Source: an uncultured Actinomycetes bacterium
Lineage (GTDB): Bacteria > Actinomycetota > Actinomycetes > Streptosporangiales > Streptosporangiaceae
Reading direction: 5' to 3'
DNA: 64,000 nt
Assembly (NCBI GenBank): GCA_963744005.1
Contig: CAVURU010000005.1
Location: forward strand, 44,117-108,116
Part shown: positions 9,180 through 18,192 of the stretch, piece by piece
How positions within the stretch are numbered: the stretch's first letter is position 1
Layout of the letters: each line of letters begins with the position of its first letter
Made by a program: the position numbers and the translations under genes
Notes under the pieces: generated by a model
The model's database searches: none
The model's input: the letters and a program-made list of their open reading frames with translations, nothing else
Told to the model about the DNA's origin: nothing

Positions 9180-10025
9180 TCAGCGGCCGGGCCCGGACGA
9201 CCACGGCGTGACCGGCCGCTCGAGCCGGGTGCCGTCCAGCGTGACGTCGATCCGCTCGTCGAAGAACGCGACCAGATCGCGGACCCGGGTCGCGTCGTGC
9301 AGCGGCTCGGCGTAGCTCCAGGCGATGTCGGTGAGCTGATCATCGCCGAGGACGGCGGACCAGTAGGAGGCCTGTCCCTTGTAGGCGCAGTAGGTGCGGG
9401 TCGGGCTGGGGACCAGCGCGGCCCGGACGTCCTCCCGGGGCAGGTAGTAACGGGTCGGCAGCATGGTCTCGAACAGCAGCACCGGCCGGGAGCTGTCGGC
9501 CAGGACCTGGCCGTTCAGTTCCAGCCGGACCTGGCGGGAGCTGGTCAGCACGTCGATGCGGTGGAACGGGTCCCGCGGGTGAGCCACGTTCAGCTCGTCT
9601 TCCTCGTACCAGGCCTCGAACGCGGCGAAGTCCAGGATCACGTACCCGGCCAGGTCCGGGTCGGCGGGCCGGAAGCCCGCCCCGGCCCGGGTCCGGCCGC
9701 CGGCCAGCAGGTCGACGGGCTGGCCCTCGGCGGTGTGCACCGCGAACGGGATCGACGGGTCGAGGACAGGACGATCACCCAGCATGGGCACCGGCCCGGT
9801 CTGGCTGGTCCCGGCCGGGATCCCGGCCGGGACCAGCCGGCCGTGCACGTCGTCGACGGGGACGGCGTAGGAGGGCACCACGCGGCGCGGTTCCCAGACC
9901 AGGAGGGCCCGGGTCGTGTCGGCGACCGTCTCGCCGTCCAGCACGGCCCGGATGCGCTTGGCCGTCGGCTGGACGCGGAACTGGTCGAATCCGCTGGCCA
10001 TCAGGGTGCGCAGCTCGATACTCAT
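9180..10025 (-). CDS. Tandem DUF427 domain protein
   Basis: Two DUF427-like halves are present. The second carries the typical YCAYKGQASYW..IAWSY motif. ATG 10025 is preceded by AGGAGA. Confidence 0.7.
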   Translation of the reverse strand: MSIELRTLMASGFDQFRVQPTAKRIRAVLDGETVADTTRALLVWEPRRVVPSYAVPVDDVHGRLVPAGIPAGTSQTGPVPMLGDRPVLDPSIPFAVHTAEGQPVDLLAGGRTRAGAGFRPADPDLAGYVILDFAAFEAWYEEDELNVAHPRDPFHRIDVLTSSRQVRLELNGQVLADSSRPVLLFETMLPTRYYLPREDVRAALVPSPTRTYCAYKGQASYWSAVLGDDQLTDIAWSYAEPLHDATRVRDLVAFFDERIDVTLDGTRLERPVTPWSSGPGR

Positions 10026-10308
10026 GGCTCTCCTGACCTCGGTTGCCGTTCCCATCATGATGCACGGACGGCCGGTTCCGCCCATCCTGACCGAGGCTCG
10101 GTCAGCGGCGGTAGCCGGCCAGGGCCGCCAGCCTGCGCAGCCGCCCGGCCGCGGGCAGGCGCGTGTCGAACAGCCGCCGCCGCCAGCCGGGCCACGGCCG
10201 CCGCGGTCGGGTTATGTGACAAATATGGCAAAGCTGGCAAACCGTGACGGACTGGGAATAACGGTGACCGTTGCGGCGTTTATCGGCGCTCTCTCGCGGC
10301 GTAAGATC

Positions 10309-10325
10309 TGAGTCAGCCTGACTCA
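10309..10325. promoter_or_regulatory. Perfect palindrome TGAGTCAG-c-CTGACTCA upstream of korA
   Basis: 8-bp arms, located 62 nt upstream of the korA start inside the relatively AT-rich divergent spacer 10026-10386. Confidence 0.3.
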
Positions 10326-10386
10326 TCCCGCCGCCGGGGCGGCGCTGCGAAAGGGTCCGGCTGGGACAGGCCGAGGAGGTCCTGTA

Positions 10387-12246
10387 GTGGCAGACAAGCA
10401 TGTTCAGCAGCTCGATCACGTCATCATCAGGTTCGCCGGCGACTCAGGTGACGGGATGCAGCTCACGGGCGACAGGTTCACCCAGGAGACGGCGGTCTTC
10501 GGGAACGACCTGTCGACGCTGCCGAACTTCCCGGCCGAGATCCGCGCGCCGGCCGGCACCCTGCCGGGCGTCTCGAGCTTCCAGCTGCACTTCGCCGACC
10601 ACGACATCCTCACCCCCGGCGACCAGCCCGATGTCCTGGTGGCGATGAACCCGGCCGCGCTCAAGGCCAACCTCGGCGACCTGCCGCCCGGCGCCGACCT
10701 GATCGTCAACACCGACGAGTTCACCAAGCGGAACCTGGGCCGGGTCGGCTACGGCGCCAGCCCGCTCGAGGACGGCTCGCTGGAGCAGTACAACCTGCAC
10801 GCCGTGCCGCTCACCTCGCTGACGGTCAAGGCGCTGGAGGAGTACGACATCACCCGCCGGGACGCCGAGCGGGCCAAGAACATGTTCGCCCTCGGCCTGC
10901 TGTCCTGGCTGTACGACCGGCCCGCCGAGGGCACGCTGTCCTTCCTCAAGGCCCGGTTCGGCAACCGGCCGGAGATCATGGCGGCCAACGTGGCCGCGTT
11001 CGGTGCGGGCTGGAACTTCGGCGAGACGACCGAGGCCTTCCCGTCCCGCTACCAGGTCAAGCCGGCCCAGCTGAAGCCGGGCCGGTACCGCAACATCAAC
11101 GGGAGCACCGCCCTGGCCTACGGGCTCATCGCGGCCGCGCAGCTGGCCCGGCTGCCGCTGTTCTTCGGCTCCTACCCGATCACGCCCGCCTCGGAGATCC
11201 TGCACGAGCTGGCCCGGCACAAGCAGTTCGGGGTCCGGACGTTCCAGGCCGAGGACGAGATCGCGGCCAGCGGCGCGGCCCTGGGCGCGGCCTTCGGCGG
11301 CGCGCTGGGCGTCACGGCCACGTCCGGGCCGGGCATGCTGCTGAAGGCCGAGACCATCGGCCTGGCCGTATCGGTCGAGCTGCCCCTGATCATCTGCGAC
11401 ATCCAGCGGGCCGGGCCGTCCACCGGCATGCCGACCAAGACCGAGCAGGCCGACCTGCTGCAGGCCATGTTCGGCCGGAACGGCGAGTCGCCGGTGCCGA
11501 TCGTGGCCGCGGCCGGCCCGGCCGACTGCTTCCACGCGGCCATCGAGGCGGCCCGGATCGCGGTGAAATACCGCACCCCGGTGTTCCTGCTGTCCGACAC
11601 CTACCTGGCCAACGGCTCCGAGCCGTGGCGGATCCCGGAGGTGGCCGGCCTCCCCGACCTGAGCCGGGAGTTCGCCTTCGCCCAGGCCGCCGACCTCGGC
11701 GGGGAACCCTTCGCGCCGTTCCGGCGGGACCCGGCCACGCTGGCCCGGCCGTGGGCGGTGCCCGGCACGGCCGGCCTGGAGCACCGGCTCGGCGGCATCG
11801 AGAAGGCCGACGTCACCGGGGACATCTCCTACGACCCGGACAACCACGACCGGATGGTCCGGCTGAGAGCGGCCAAGATCGACGGGATCGCCGCCGACAT
11901 CCCGCCGGTGCAGGTGGACGACCCGGACGGCACGGCCCGGGTGCTGGTGCTGGGCTGGGGCTCGACCTCCGGCACCATCGGCGCCGCGATCCGGCGCATC
12001 CGCGCCGCGGGCCAGCCGGTGGCCCAGGCCCACCTGCGGCACCTCAACCCGTTCCCGGCCAACCTGGGCGACGTGCTCCGCCGGTACGACCAGGTGCTCG
12101 TGCCGGAAATCAACCTGGGCCAGCTCACCCTGCTGCTGCGGGCCCGCTACCTGGTCGACGTGATGTCCTACAACCGGGTCAGCGGCATGCCGTTCCAGAT
12201 CGCCGAGCTGGCCAGCGTCATCGAGGAAGTGATCAGCCATGTCTGA
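10387..12246 (+). CDS. korA: 2-oxoglutarate/2-oxoacid:ferredoxin oxidoreductase subunit alpha
   Basis: 619-aa ORF with the fused gamma/alpha domain pattern (RFAGDSGDGMQLTG.. ..SYPITPASEIL..). It overlaps the TPP-binding beta subunit gene by 8 nt. Confidence 0.9.
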   Translation: MADKHVQQLDHVIIRFAGDSGDGMQLTGDRFTQETAVFGNDLSTLPNFPAEIRAPAGTLPGVSSFQLHFADHDILTPGDQPDVLVAMNPAALKANLGDLPPGADLIVNTDEFTKRNLGRVGYGASPLEDGSLEQYNLHAVPLTSLTVKALEEYDITRRDAERAKNMFALGLLSWLYDRPAEGTLSFLKARFGNRPEIMAANVAAFGAGWNFGETTEAFPSRYQVKPAQLKPGRYRNINGSTALAYGLIAAAQLARLPLFFGSYPITPASEILHELARHKQFGVRTFQAEDEIAASGAALGAAFGGALGVTATSGPGMLLKAETIGLAVSVELPLIICDIQRAGPSTGMPTKTEQADLLQAMFGRNGESPVPIVAAAGPADCFHAAIEAARIAVKYRTPVFLLSDTYLANGSEPWRIPEVAGLPDLSREFAFAQAADLGGEPFAPFRRDPATLARPWAVPGTAGLEHRLGGIEKADVTGDISYDPDNHDRMVRLRAAKIDGIAADIPPVQVDDPDGTARVLVLGWGSTSGTIGAAIRRIRAAGQPVAQAHLRHLNPFPANLGDVLRRYDQVLVPEINLGQLTLLLRARYLVDVMSYNRVSGMPFQIAELASVIEEVISHV

Positions 12247-13327
12247 GGCCAACGGCCACGCGGCCCCCGAAAGCCCGGAAGGCCACCGGCTCGCCTCGCT
12301 GACCCTGGTGCCCCAGGCCACCGTCCGTTCGTCCGCTAAGGACTTCAAGACGGACCAGGAGGTGCGGTGGTGCCCGGGCTGCGGGGACTACGCCATCCTG
12401 GCCGCCTTCCAGGCGTTCCTGCCCGAGCTGGACGTGCCGCGCGAGAACGTGGTCGTCATCTCCGGGATCGGCTGCTCCTCGCGGCTGCCGTACTACGTGG
12501 ACAGCTACGGGATGCACTCCATCCACGGCCGCGCGCCCGCCATCGCCACCGGGCTGGCCGCGTCCCGGCCCGACCTGTCGGTCTGGGTCATCACCGGCGA
12601 CGGAGACGGCCTGTCGATCGGCGGCAACCACCTGATCCACGCGCTGCGCCGCAACGTCAACATCAAGATCCTGCTGTTCAACAACCGGATCTACGGCCTG
12701 ACCAAGGGCCAGTACTCGCCCACTTCCGAGCAGGGCAAGGTGACGAAGTCGACCCCGTTCGGGTCGCTGGATCACCCGTTCAACCCGGTGTCCCTGGCGC
12801 TCGGCGCGGACGCCAGCTTCGTGGCCCGCACGATCGACTCCGACCGCAGGCACCTGACCTCGGTGCTGCGCGCCGCCGCCGACCACCAGGGCTCGGCGTT
12901 CATCGAGATCTACCAGAACTGCCCCATCTACAACGACGACGCGTTCGCGGTCCTGAAGGAGCCCGCCAGCGCGGGCACCCGGCTGATCCGGCTCGAGCAC
13001 GGTGAGCCGGTCCGGTTCGGCCCGGACGGCTCGATGGGCCTGCGGTTCGGGCGGCTCGGCGAGCTGGAAGCGGTCGACGTGGCCGGGGCCGACCCCGGCA
13101 CCCTGATCACCCACGACGCGCTGCGCGCCGACCCGTCGTACGCGTTCGCGCTGTCCCGGCTGGACACGGCCGACTTCCGGCACACGCCGGTCGGGGTCTT
13201 CCGGAAGGCCCAGCAGCCGAGCTACGACCAGCTGATGGCCGAGCAGATCAACGCGGCCACGGCCCGCAGCGGCCCGGGTGACCTGGCCACCCTGCTGGCC
13301 GGCAGCGACACCTGGGACGTCAGCTGA
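12239..13327 (+). CDS. korB: 2-oxoglutarate/2-oxoacid:ferredoxin oxidoreductase subunit beta
   Basis: 362-aa ORF with WCPGCGDY and the TPP motif ITGDGDGLSIGGNH. Confidence 0.9.
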   Translation: MSEANGHAAPESPEGHRLASLTLVPQATVRSSAKDFKTDQEVRWCPGCGDYAILAAFQAFLPELDVPRENVVVISGIGCSSRLPYYVDSYGMHSIHGRAPAIATGLAASRPDLSVWVITGDGDGLSIGGNHLIHALRRNVNIKILLFNNRIYGLTKGQYSPTSEQGKVTKSTPFGSLDHPFNPVSLALGADASFVARTIDSDRRHLTSVLRAAADHQGSAFIEIYQNCPIYNDDAFAVLKEPASAGTRLIRLEHGEPVRFGPDGSMGLRFGRLGELEAVDVAGADPGTLITHDALRADPSYAFALSRLDTADFRHTPVGVFRKAQQPSYDQLMAEQINAATARSGPGDLATLLAGSDTWDVS

Positions 13328-13857
13328 GGGCGCGGCGGGTCGTCACCGGGCATGACCGCGACGGCAAGGCCGTGTTCGCCTCCGACGAGCAGGTCGACCC
13401 GCTGAGGCTGGCCGGGATGCCCGGCTCGGAGTTCCACCGGCTGTGGGGCGCCGACCAGGCGCCGACATTCCCCGACCAGGGCCGCCCGACGGCGCAGCCG
13501 ATGTACTTCCCGCCGGTGGGCGGCTACCGCTTCGGCCTGTTCACCGTGCCCCCGGCCGGCCTGGACCCCCCGGCCGGGCTGGACCCGGCCACGGCCCGGG
13601 CCGAGATGGAGGACAAGCTGCCCGGCCTGCTCGGCTACCTGGAGCCGGAGGAGGCGGGCATGCACACCACGGACACGATCGACTTCGAGGTGGTGCTGTC
13701 CGGAGAGGTGATCCTCGAGCTGGACGACGGCGCCCAGACCGTGCTGCGCGCGGGCGACACCGTGGTCCAGAACGGCACCCGGCACCGGTGGAAGAACCAG
13801 AGCGCCGAGCCCGCGCTGCTGGCCGTGTTCCTGATCGGCGCCCACCGCGCGGGCTGA
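13324..13857 (+). CDS. Cupin domain protein; start probably non-canonical (CTG 13324)
   Basis: Cupin core (DFEVVLSGEVILELDDG..LRAGDTVVQNGTRHRWKN). The family-typical N-terminus RRVVTGHDRDGKAVFASDE lies upstream of the first GTG (13372). The only plausible initiator in the open frame is CTG 13324, which overlaps the korB TGA. Confidence 0.6.
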   Translation: MRARRVVTGHDRDGKAVFASDEQVDPLRLAGMPGSEFHRLWGADQAPTFPDQGRPTAQPMYFPPVGGYRFGLFTVPPAGLDPPAGLDPATARAEMEDKLPGLLGYLEPEEAGMHTTDTIDFEVVLSGEVILELDDGAQTVLRAGDTVVQNGTRHRWKNQSAEPALLAVFLIGAHRAG

Positions 13858-13875
13858 CGTCGCCGCGGGTCAGCC
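13852..13875. terminator. Inverted repeat spanning both convergent stop codons
   Basis: GGCTGAC-n10-GTCAGCC. The left arm contains the cupin TGA and the right arm contains the polyprenyl synthase stop (TCA on plus). There is no T tract. Confidence 0.25.
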
Positions 13876-14898
13876 GGTGCGCTTGTCCACGAAGTCGCAC
13901 AGGCCGAGGAACGCGGCCCGCGGCGGCCCGGCGGGCAGCGCCATGATCTCGTTCCGGGCGCCCTGCGTCCAGCTCAGCACGTGCGCGCGGGACTCGGCCA
14001 GGGAGGGGTGGCCGCGCAGCAGGGCCAGCGTCTCGGCCAGCAGCGCGTCGTCGCCCAGATCGGCCTCGCTGAGCAGCCACTGCAGCCGCCGGTCCGCCTC
14101 GGTCCGGTGGTCGGTGCCGCCGTCGGCCGGGGCCGCGGTCGAGCGCATCGCGTACAGCACCGGCAGCGTCCGCACCCCCTGGCGCAGGTCGGTGCCGGCC
14201 GTCTTGCCGGACTGCTCCGGGTCGCTGGCGATGTCGATCACGTCGTCGGACAGCTGCCAGGCCACGCCGATCCGCTCGCAGGCCGCCGCGATCCGGTCCG
14301 CGATCTCGCCCGGGGCACCGGAGAACAGCGCCCCGAACTCGCCCGAGGTGGCGATGAGCGAGCCGGTCTTCTCCGTGATGACGTGCATGTAGTGATCCAG
14401 CAGGTCCTGACCGGGCCGCGGGCCGACCGTCTCGGCCAGCTGCCCGGCGACCAGCCGGTTGAAGGTCTCGGCCTGGATCCGGACCGCGTCGGGCCCCAGC
14501 CGGGCCAGGATGAGCGAGGCCTGCGCGAACAGGAAGTCGCCGGTGAGGATGGCGACCGAGTTGCTCCACCGCGAGTTGGCCGAGGGCAGGCCGCGGCGCA
14601 CCTCGGCCTCGTCCATCACGTCGTCGTGGAACAAGGTGGCCAGGTGGGTCAGCTCGATGGCCACCGCCGCGTCGATGACCCGGGGGTCCCGCGGGTCGCC
14701 GAACTGCGCGGCCAGCAGCACCAGCAGGGCCCGGAACCGCTTGCCGCCCGCCTCGATCGAGTGCCGGGACGCCTCGGTGAACAGTTCCTCGCCGGGATGC
14801 GCCGTCTCCAGCAGCGACTCCTCGACCCGGGCCAGGTCGCCCAGGATCTCCGCCTCCAGGGCGGGGTCCGCGAAATCTACCGGAACTGCTGTGGTCAC
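13870..14898 (-). CDS. Polyprenyl diphosphate synthase (trans-isoprenyl, menaquinone side-chain type)
   Basis: 342-aa ORF with two Asp-rich motifs, FHDDVMDEA and LSDDVIDI. Confidence 0.9.
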   Translation of the reverse strand: MTTAVPVDFADPALEAEILGDLARVEESLLETAHPGEELFTEASRHSIEAGGKRFRALLVLLAAQFGDPRDPRVIDAAVAIELTHLATLFHDDVMDEAEVRRGLPSANSRWSNSVAILTGDFLFAQASLILARLGPDAVRIQAETFNRLVAGQLAETVGPRPGQDLLDHYMHVITEKTGSLIATSGEFGALFSGAPGEIADRIAAACERIGVAWQLSDDVIDIASDPEQSGKTAGTDLRQGVRTLPVLYAMRSTAAPADGGTDHRTEADRRLQWLLSEADLGDDALLAETLALLRGHPSLAESRAHVLSWTQGARNEIMALPAGPPRAAFLGLCDFVDKRTG

Positions 14899-14998
14899 AT
14901 GCTCTCCAGCCCATCGGCACGCACGTACGCCTCGAATTTCCGAGTATGCCCGGTCCCGGGCCGTGCATCCAAAGCCGTATCGCTCCTCACGCGCCGGG

Positions 14999-16579
14999 TC
15001 AGCTCACGAACAGGTGGTTGGCCGCCTGGCTGGCCAGGTTCAGCACCGGCTCGGGCACGATGCCGAAGACCAGGGTGGCCGCGACCCCGACGCCCACGGC
15101 GGTGCCGGTGAACACGGTCGGCACGGCCACCACGGGCCCGTCAGGAACCGGGTCGCTGAAGAACATGAGCACGATGACGCGGACGTAGAAGAAGGCGGCG
15201 ATCGCGCTGGCCAGCACGCCCACGATGACCAGCGGCGTCTCCCCGGCGGAGATGGCGGCCTGGAACACCGCGAACTTCCCGGTGAACCCGCTGGTCAGCG
15301 GGATCCCGGCGAAGCCGAGGAGGAACAGCGCGAAGATGCCCGCCAGCAGCGGCGAGCGGCGGCCCAGCCCGGCCCACCGGGACAGGTGCCCGGCCTCGCC
15401 GCCGGGGTCGCGGACCAGGGTGATGAGGGCGAACGCGCCCACCGTGGTCAGCCCGTAGGTGGCCAGGTAGAACAGGCTGCTGGACAGCCCGGCGGCGCTG
15501 ACCGCGATGACCGCGGTCAGCACGAACCCGGCGTGCGCGATCGAGGAGTAGGCCAGCAGCCGCTTCACGTCGGTCTGGGTGATGGCGATGACCGCGCCCG
15601 CGACCATGGTCAAGATGGCGACCACCCACAGCGCCGGGCGCCAGTCCCAGGCCAGGTTGCCGAACGAGACGTAGAACACGCGCAGCAGCGCGCCGAAGGC
15701 CGACACCACGGTGCAGGAGGCCATGAGCGCGGTGATCGGGGTCGGCGCGCCCTGGTAGACGTCCGGCTTCCAGCCGTGGAACGGCACCGCCCCGATCTTG
15801 AACAGCAGCCCGAGCCCGGTCAGGGCCACGCCGGCGAACAGCAGCGTGTCGTTGGCCGTGTTAGCCGCCGCCGCCGAGGCGATGGCCGACAGCGAGACCG
15901 AGCCGGCGAAACCGTACAGCATGGCGATGCCGAACAGGAAGAAGGCCGAGGAGAACGCGCCGAGCAGGAAGTACTTCATGGCCGCTTCGTGGGACAGCAG
16001 CCGCCGGCGCCGGGCCAGGCCGCACAGCAGGTACAGCGGCAGCGACAGCACCTCGAGCGCGACGAACATGGTGAGCAGGTCGTTCGCGGCCGGGAAGAGC
16101 AGCATCCCGCCTATTGCGAACAGGGTCAGCGGGAAGATCTCGGTGTGCACCATCCCCGCGGCCAGGCCCTCGCGCTCCTCCGGGCTGCCGGGCGGCGCGG
16201 CGGCCTGGGCGGTGAACGGGCTGTCGCTGGTGTCCGCGATGAGCAGCACGCTGACGAAGGCCAGGACCAGGATGGTGCCCTGGATGAACAGGGTGGGCCG
16301 GTCGACGGCGACCGCGCCCATGGCGGCGATGTGGCCGGGGCTGCCCTTGTCGAAGATCGAGTCCGACGCGGTCACGATGGTCATCACGAACGCGGCGACC
16401 AGCGCGCCGAGGGCCAGCACCAGGTGCACGCCGCGGCGGGCCGCGCGCGGGGTGAAGGCCTCGACCAGGACGCCGGCCACGGCCGCGCCGAAGACGATCA
16501 GCATCGGCGAGAGCTGGCCGTACTCGATGCTCGGCGGCGCGATCGCCCCGCCCGTGGAGGCGGCGAGGACCCCGGTCAC
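14999..16579 (-). CDS. nuoN: NADH-quinone oxidoreductase subunit N
   Basis: This is the last 526 codons of the 1464-aa read-through ORF. GTG 16579 overlaps the nuoM TGA (GTGA). Polytopic antiporter-like sequence. Confidence 0.9.
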   Translation of the reverse strand: MTGVLAASTGGAIAPPSIEYGQLSPMLIVFGAAVAGVLVEAFTPRAARRGVHLVLALGALVAAFVMTIVTASDSIFDKGSPGHIAAMGAVAVDRPTLFIQGTILVLAFVSVLLIADTSDSPFTAQAAAPPGSPEEREGLAAGMVHTEIFPLTLFAIGGMLLFPAANDLLTMFVALEVLSLPLYLLCGLARRRRLLSHEAAMKYFLLGAFSSAFFLFGIAMLYGFAGSVSLSAIASAAAANTANDTLLFAGVALTGLGLLFKIGAVPFHGWKPDVYQGAPTPITALMASCTVVSAFGALLRVFYVSFGNLAWDWRPALWVVAILTMVAGAVIAITQTDVKRLLAYSSIAHAGFVLTAVIAVSAAGLSSSLFYLATYGLTTVGAFALITLVRDPGGEAGHLSRWAGLGRRSPLLAGIFALFLLGFAGIPLTSGFTGKFAVFQAAISAGETPLVIVGVLASAIAAFFYVRVIVLMFFSDPVPDGPVVAVPTVFTGTAVGVGVAATLVFGIVPEPVLNLASQAANHLFVS

Positions 16580-18192
16580 GGCGTCGTTCCCTTCTGCAGG
16601 CTGGACGTATGGACCGCGGTCGGGCCGGCCGCGGGGGCTGGGTGCGCGGGCACCGGATCGCTGACGCCGACCTGGGTCATCGTCACCTGGACGGCCGGGT
16701 TGATGATGTCGAGCACCGGCTTGGGGTAGACCCCGACGAAGATGAGCAGCCCGATCAGCGGCACGACGGCCAGCGTCTCCCGGAGCTTCAGGTCGGGGAA
16801 GTTCCTGACCTGATCGCGGACCGGCCCGTTCATGGTGCGCTGGTACATCCACAGGATGTAGACCGCGGCCAGGATGATGTTGACCGTGGCGAACACCGCG
16901 GCCACCTTGTACTTGGCGAAGGCGCCCAGCAGGACCAGGAACTCGCTGACGAAGGTGGACAGCCCGGGCAGCGAGAGCCCGGCCAGGCCGGCGATCAGGA
17001 ACAGCCCGGCCAGCACCGGCGCGACGCTCTGCACGCCGCCGAAGTCCGCGATCCGGTCCGACCCGCGCCTGATGATCATGAAGCCGACCAGGATGAACAG
17101 CGCGCCGGTGACGAACGCGTGGTTCACCATGTACAGCATGGCGCCGGACACGCCCTGGCTGGTCATGACGAAGATGCCGAGCGTGATGAGGCCGAAGTGG
17201 GAGATGGAGATGTAGCCCATCAGCCGCTTGAGGCCGGCCTGGCCGATGGCCACGATCGCGCCGTACAGGGTCCCGATCACGGCCAGGACGATGACCAGCG
17301 GCGTGAACCATTTGGCCCCGGCCGGGAACAGCTCCCAGCAATACCGGATCATGCCGAACGTGCCGACCTTGTCCATCATGCCGAGCATGAGGACGGCCGC
17401 GCCGGGCTGCGCCGAGTCGGCCGCGTCCGGCAGCCAGGTGTGGAACGGCCACAGCGGCGCCTTGATGGCGAAGGCGATGAAGAACCCGAGGAACAGCCAC
17501 TTCTGCACGGTCGAGCTGAGCGTGACGTGCACCAGGGTGCTGAACAGGAACGTGCCGTGGTGGCCGGTCGCCGCGCTGGTGCTGGAGTAGACGTACAGCG
17601 CGATGACCGCGACCAGCATGAGCAGGCCGCCGAGCAGGCTGTAGAGCAGGAACTTCACCGCGGCGTACTGCCGCTTGCCGACGCCGTAGCTGCCGATCAT
17701 GAAGTACATCGGGATCAGCATGGCCTCGAAGAACACGTAGAACAGGAAGACGTCGGTGGCGGCGAAGACGCCGATCATCATCGTCTCCAGCGTCAGCATC
17801 AGCGCGAAGTAGGCCTTGACGCTGTGCTTGCCGTCGTCGGCCTCGTTCCAGGCGGCCAGGATCACCACCGGCATCAGCACCGCGGACATGGCGATCAGCA
17901 CCAGCGCGATGCCGTCGACGCCCACCGCGTAGTGCACCCCGAAGGCCGGGATCCACGAGTAGACCTCGGTGAACTGGTAATCCGGGCCGCCGATCTGGAA
18001 CTTCACCGCGATGATGATGACCACGACCAGGGTGGCCACGGAGAAGGCCAGGGCCAGGACCTTGGCCAGCGTGTTGCGCGCCGCGCGGGCGGCCTCGCCG
18101 GCGTCGGCCGGGACCCGCGGGATGAGGGAGAGGACCAGGGCGCCGGCCAGCGGCAGCGCACCGGCCACGGTCAGCCAGGGAAAGCCGTTCAT
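16576..18192 (-). CDS. nuoM: NADH-quinone oxidoreductase subunit M
   Basis: 538-aa polytopic antiporter-like subunit. The start abuts the nuoL stop (TAGATG). Confidence 0.92.
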   Translation of the reverse strand: MNGFPWLTVAGALPLAGALVLSLIPRVPADAGEAARAARNTLAKVLALAFSVATLVVVIIIAVKFQIGGPDYQFTEVYSWIPAFGVHYAVGVDGIALVLIAMSAVLMPVVILAAWNEADDGKHSVKAYFALMLTLETMMIGVFAATDVFLFYVFFEAMLIPMYFMIGSYGVGKRQYAAVKFLLYSLLGGLLMLVAVIALYVYSSTSAATGHHGTFLFSTLVHVTLSSTVQKWLFLGFFIAFAIKAPLWPFHTWLPDAADSAQPGAAVLMLGMMDKVGTFGMIRYCWELFPAGAKWFTPLVIVLAVIGTLYGAIVAIGQAGLKRLMGYISISHFGLITLGIFVMTSQGVSGAMLYMVNHAFVTGALFILVGFMIIRRGSDRIADFGGVQSVAPVLAGLFLIAGLAGLSLPGLSTFVSEFLVLLGAFAKYKVAAVFATVNIILAAVYILWMYQRTMNGPVRDQVRNFPDLKLRETLAVVPLIGLLIFVGVYPKPVLDIINPAVQVTMTQVGVSDPVPAHPAPAAGPTAVHTSSLQKGTTP

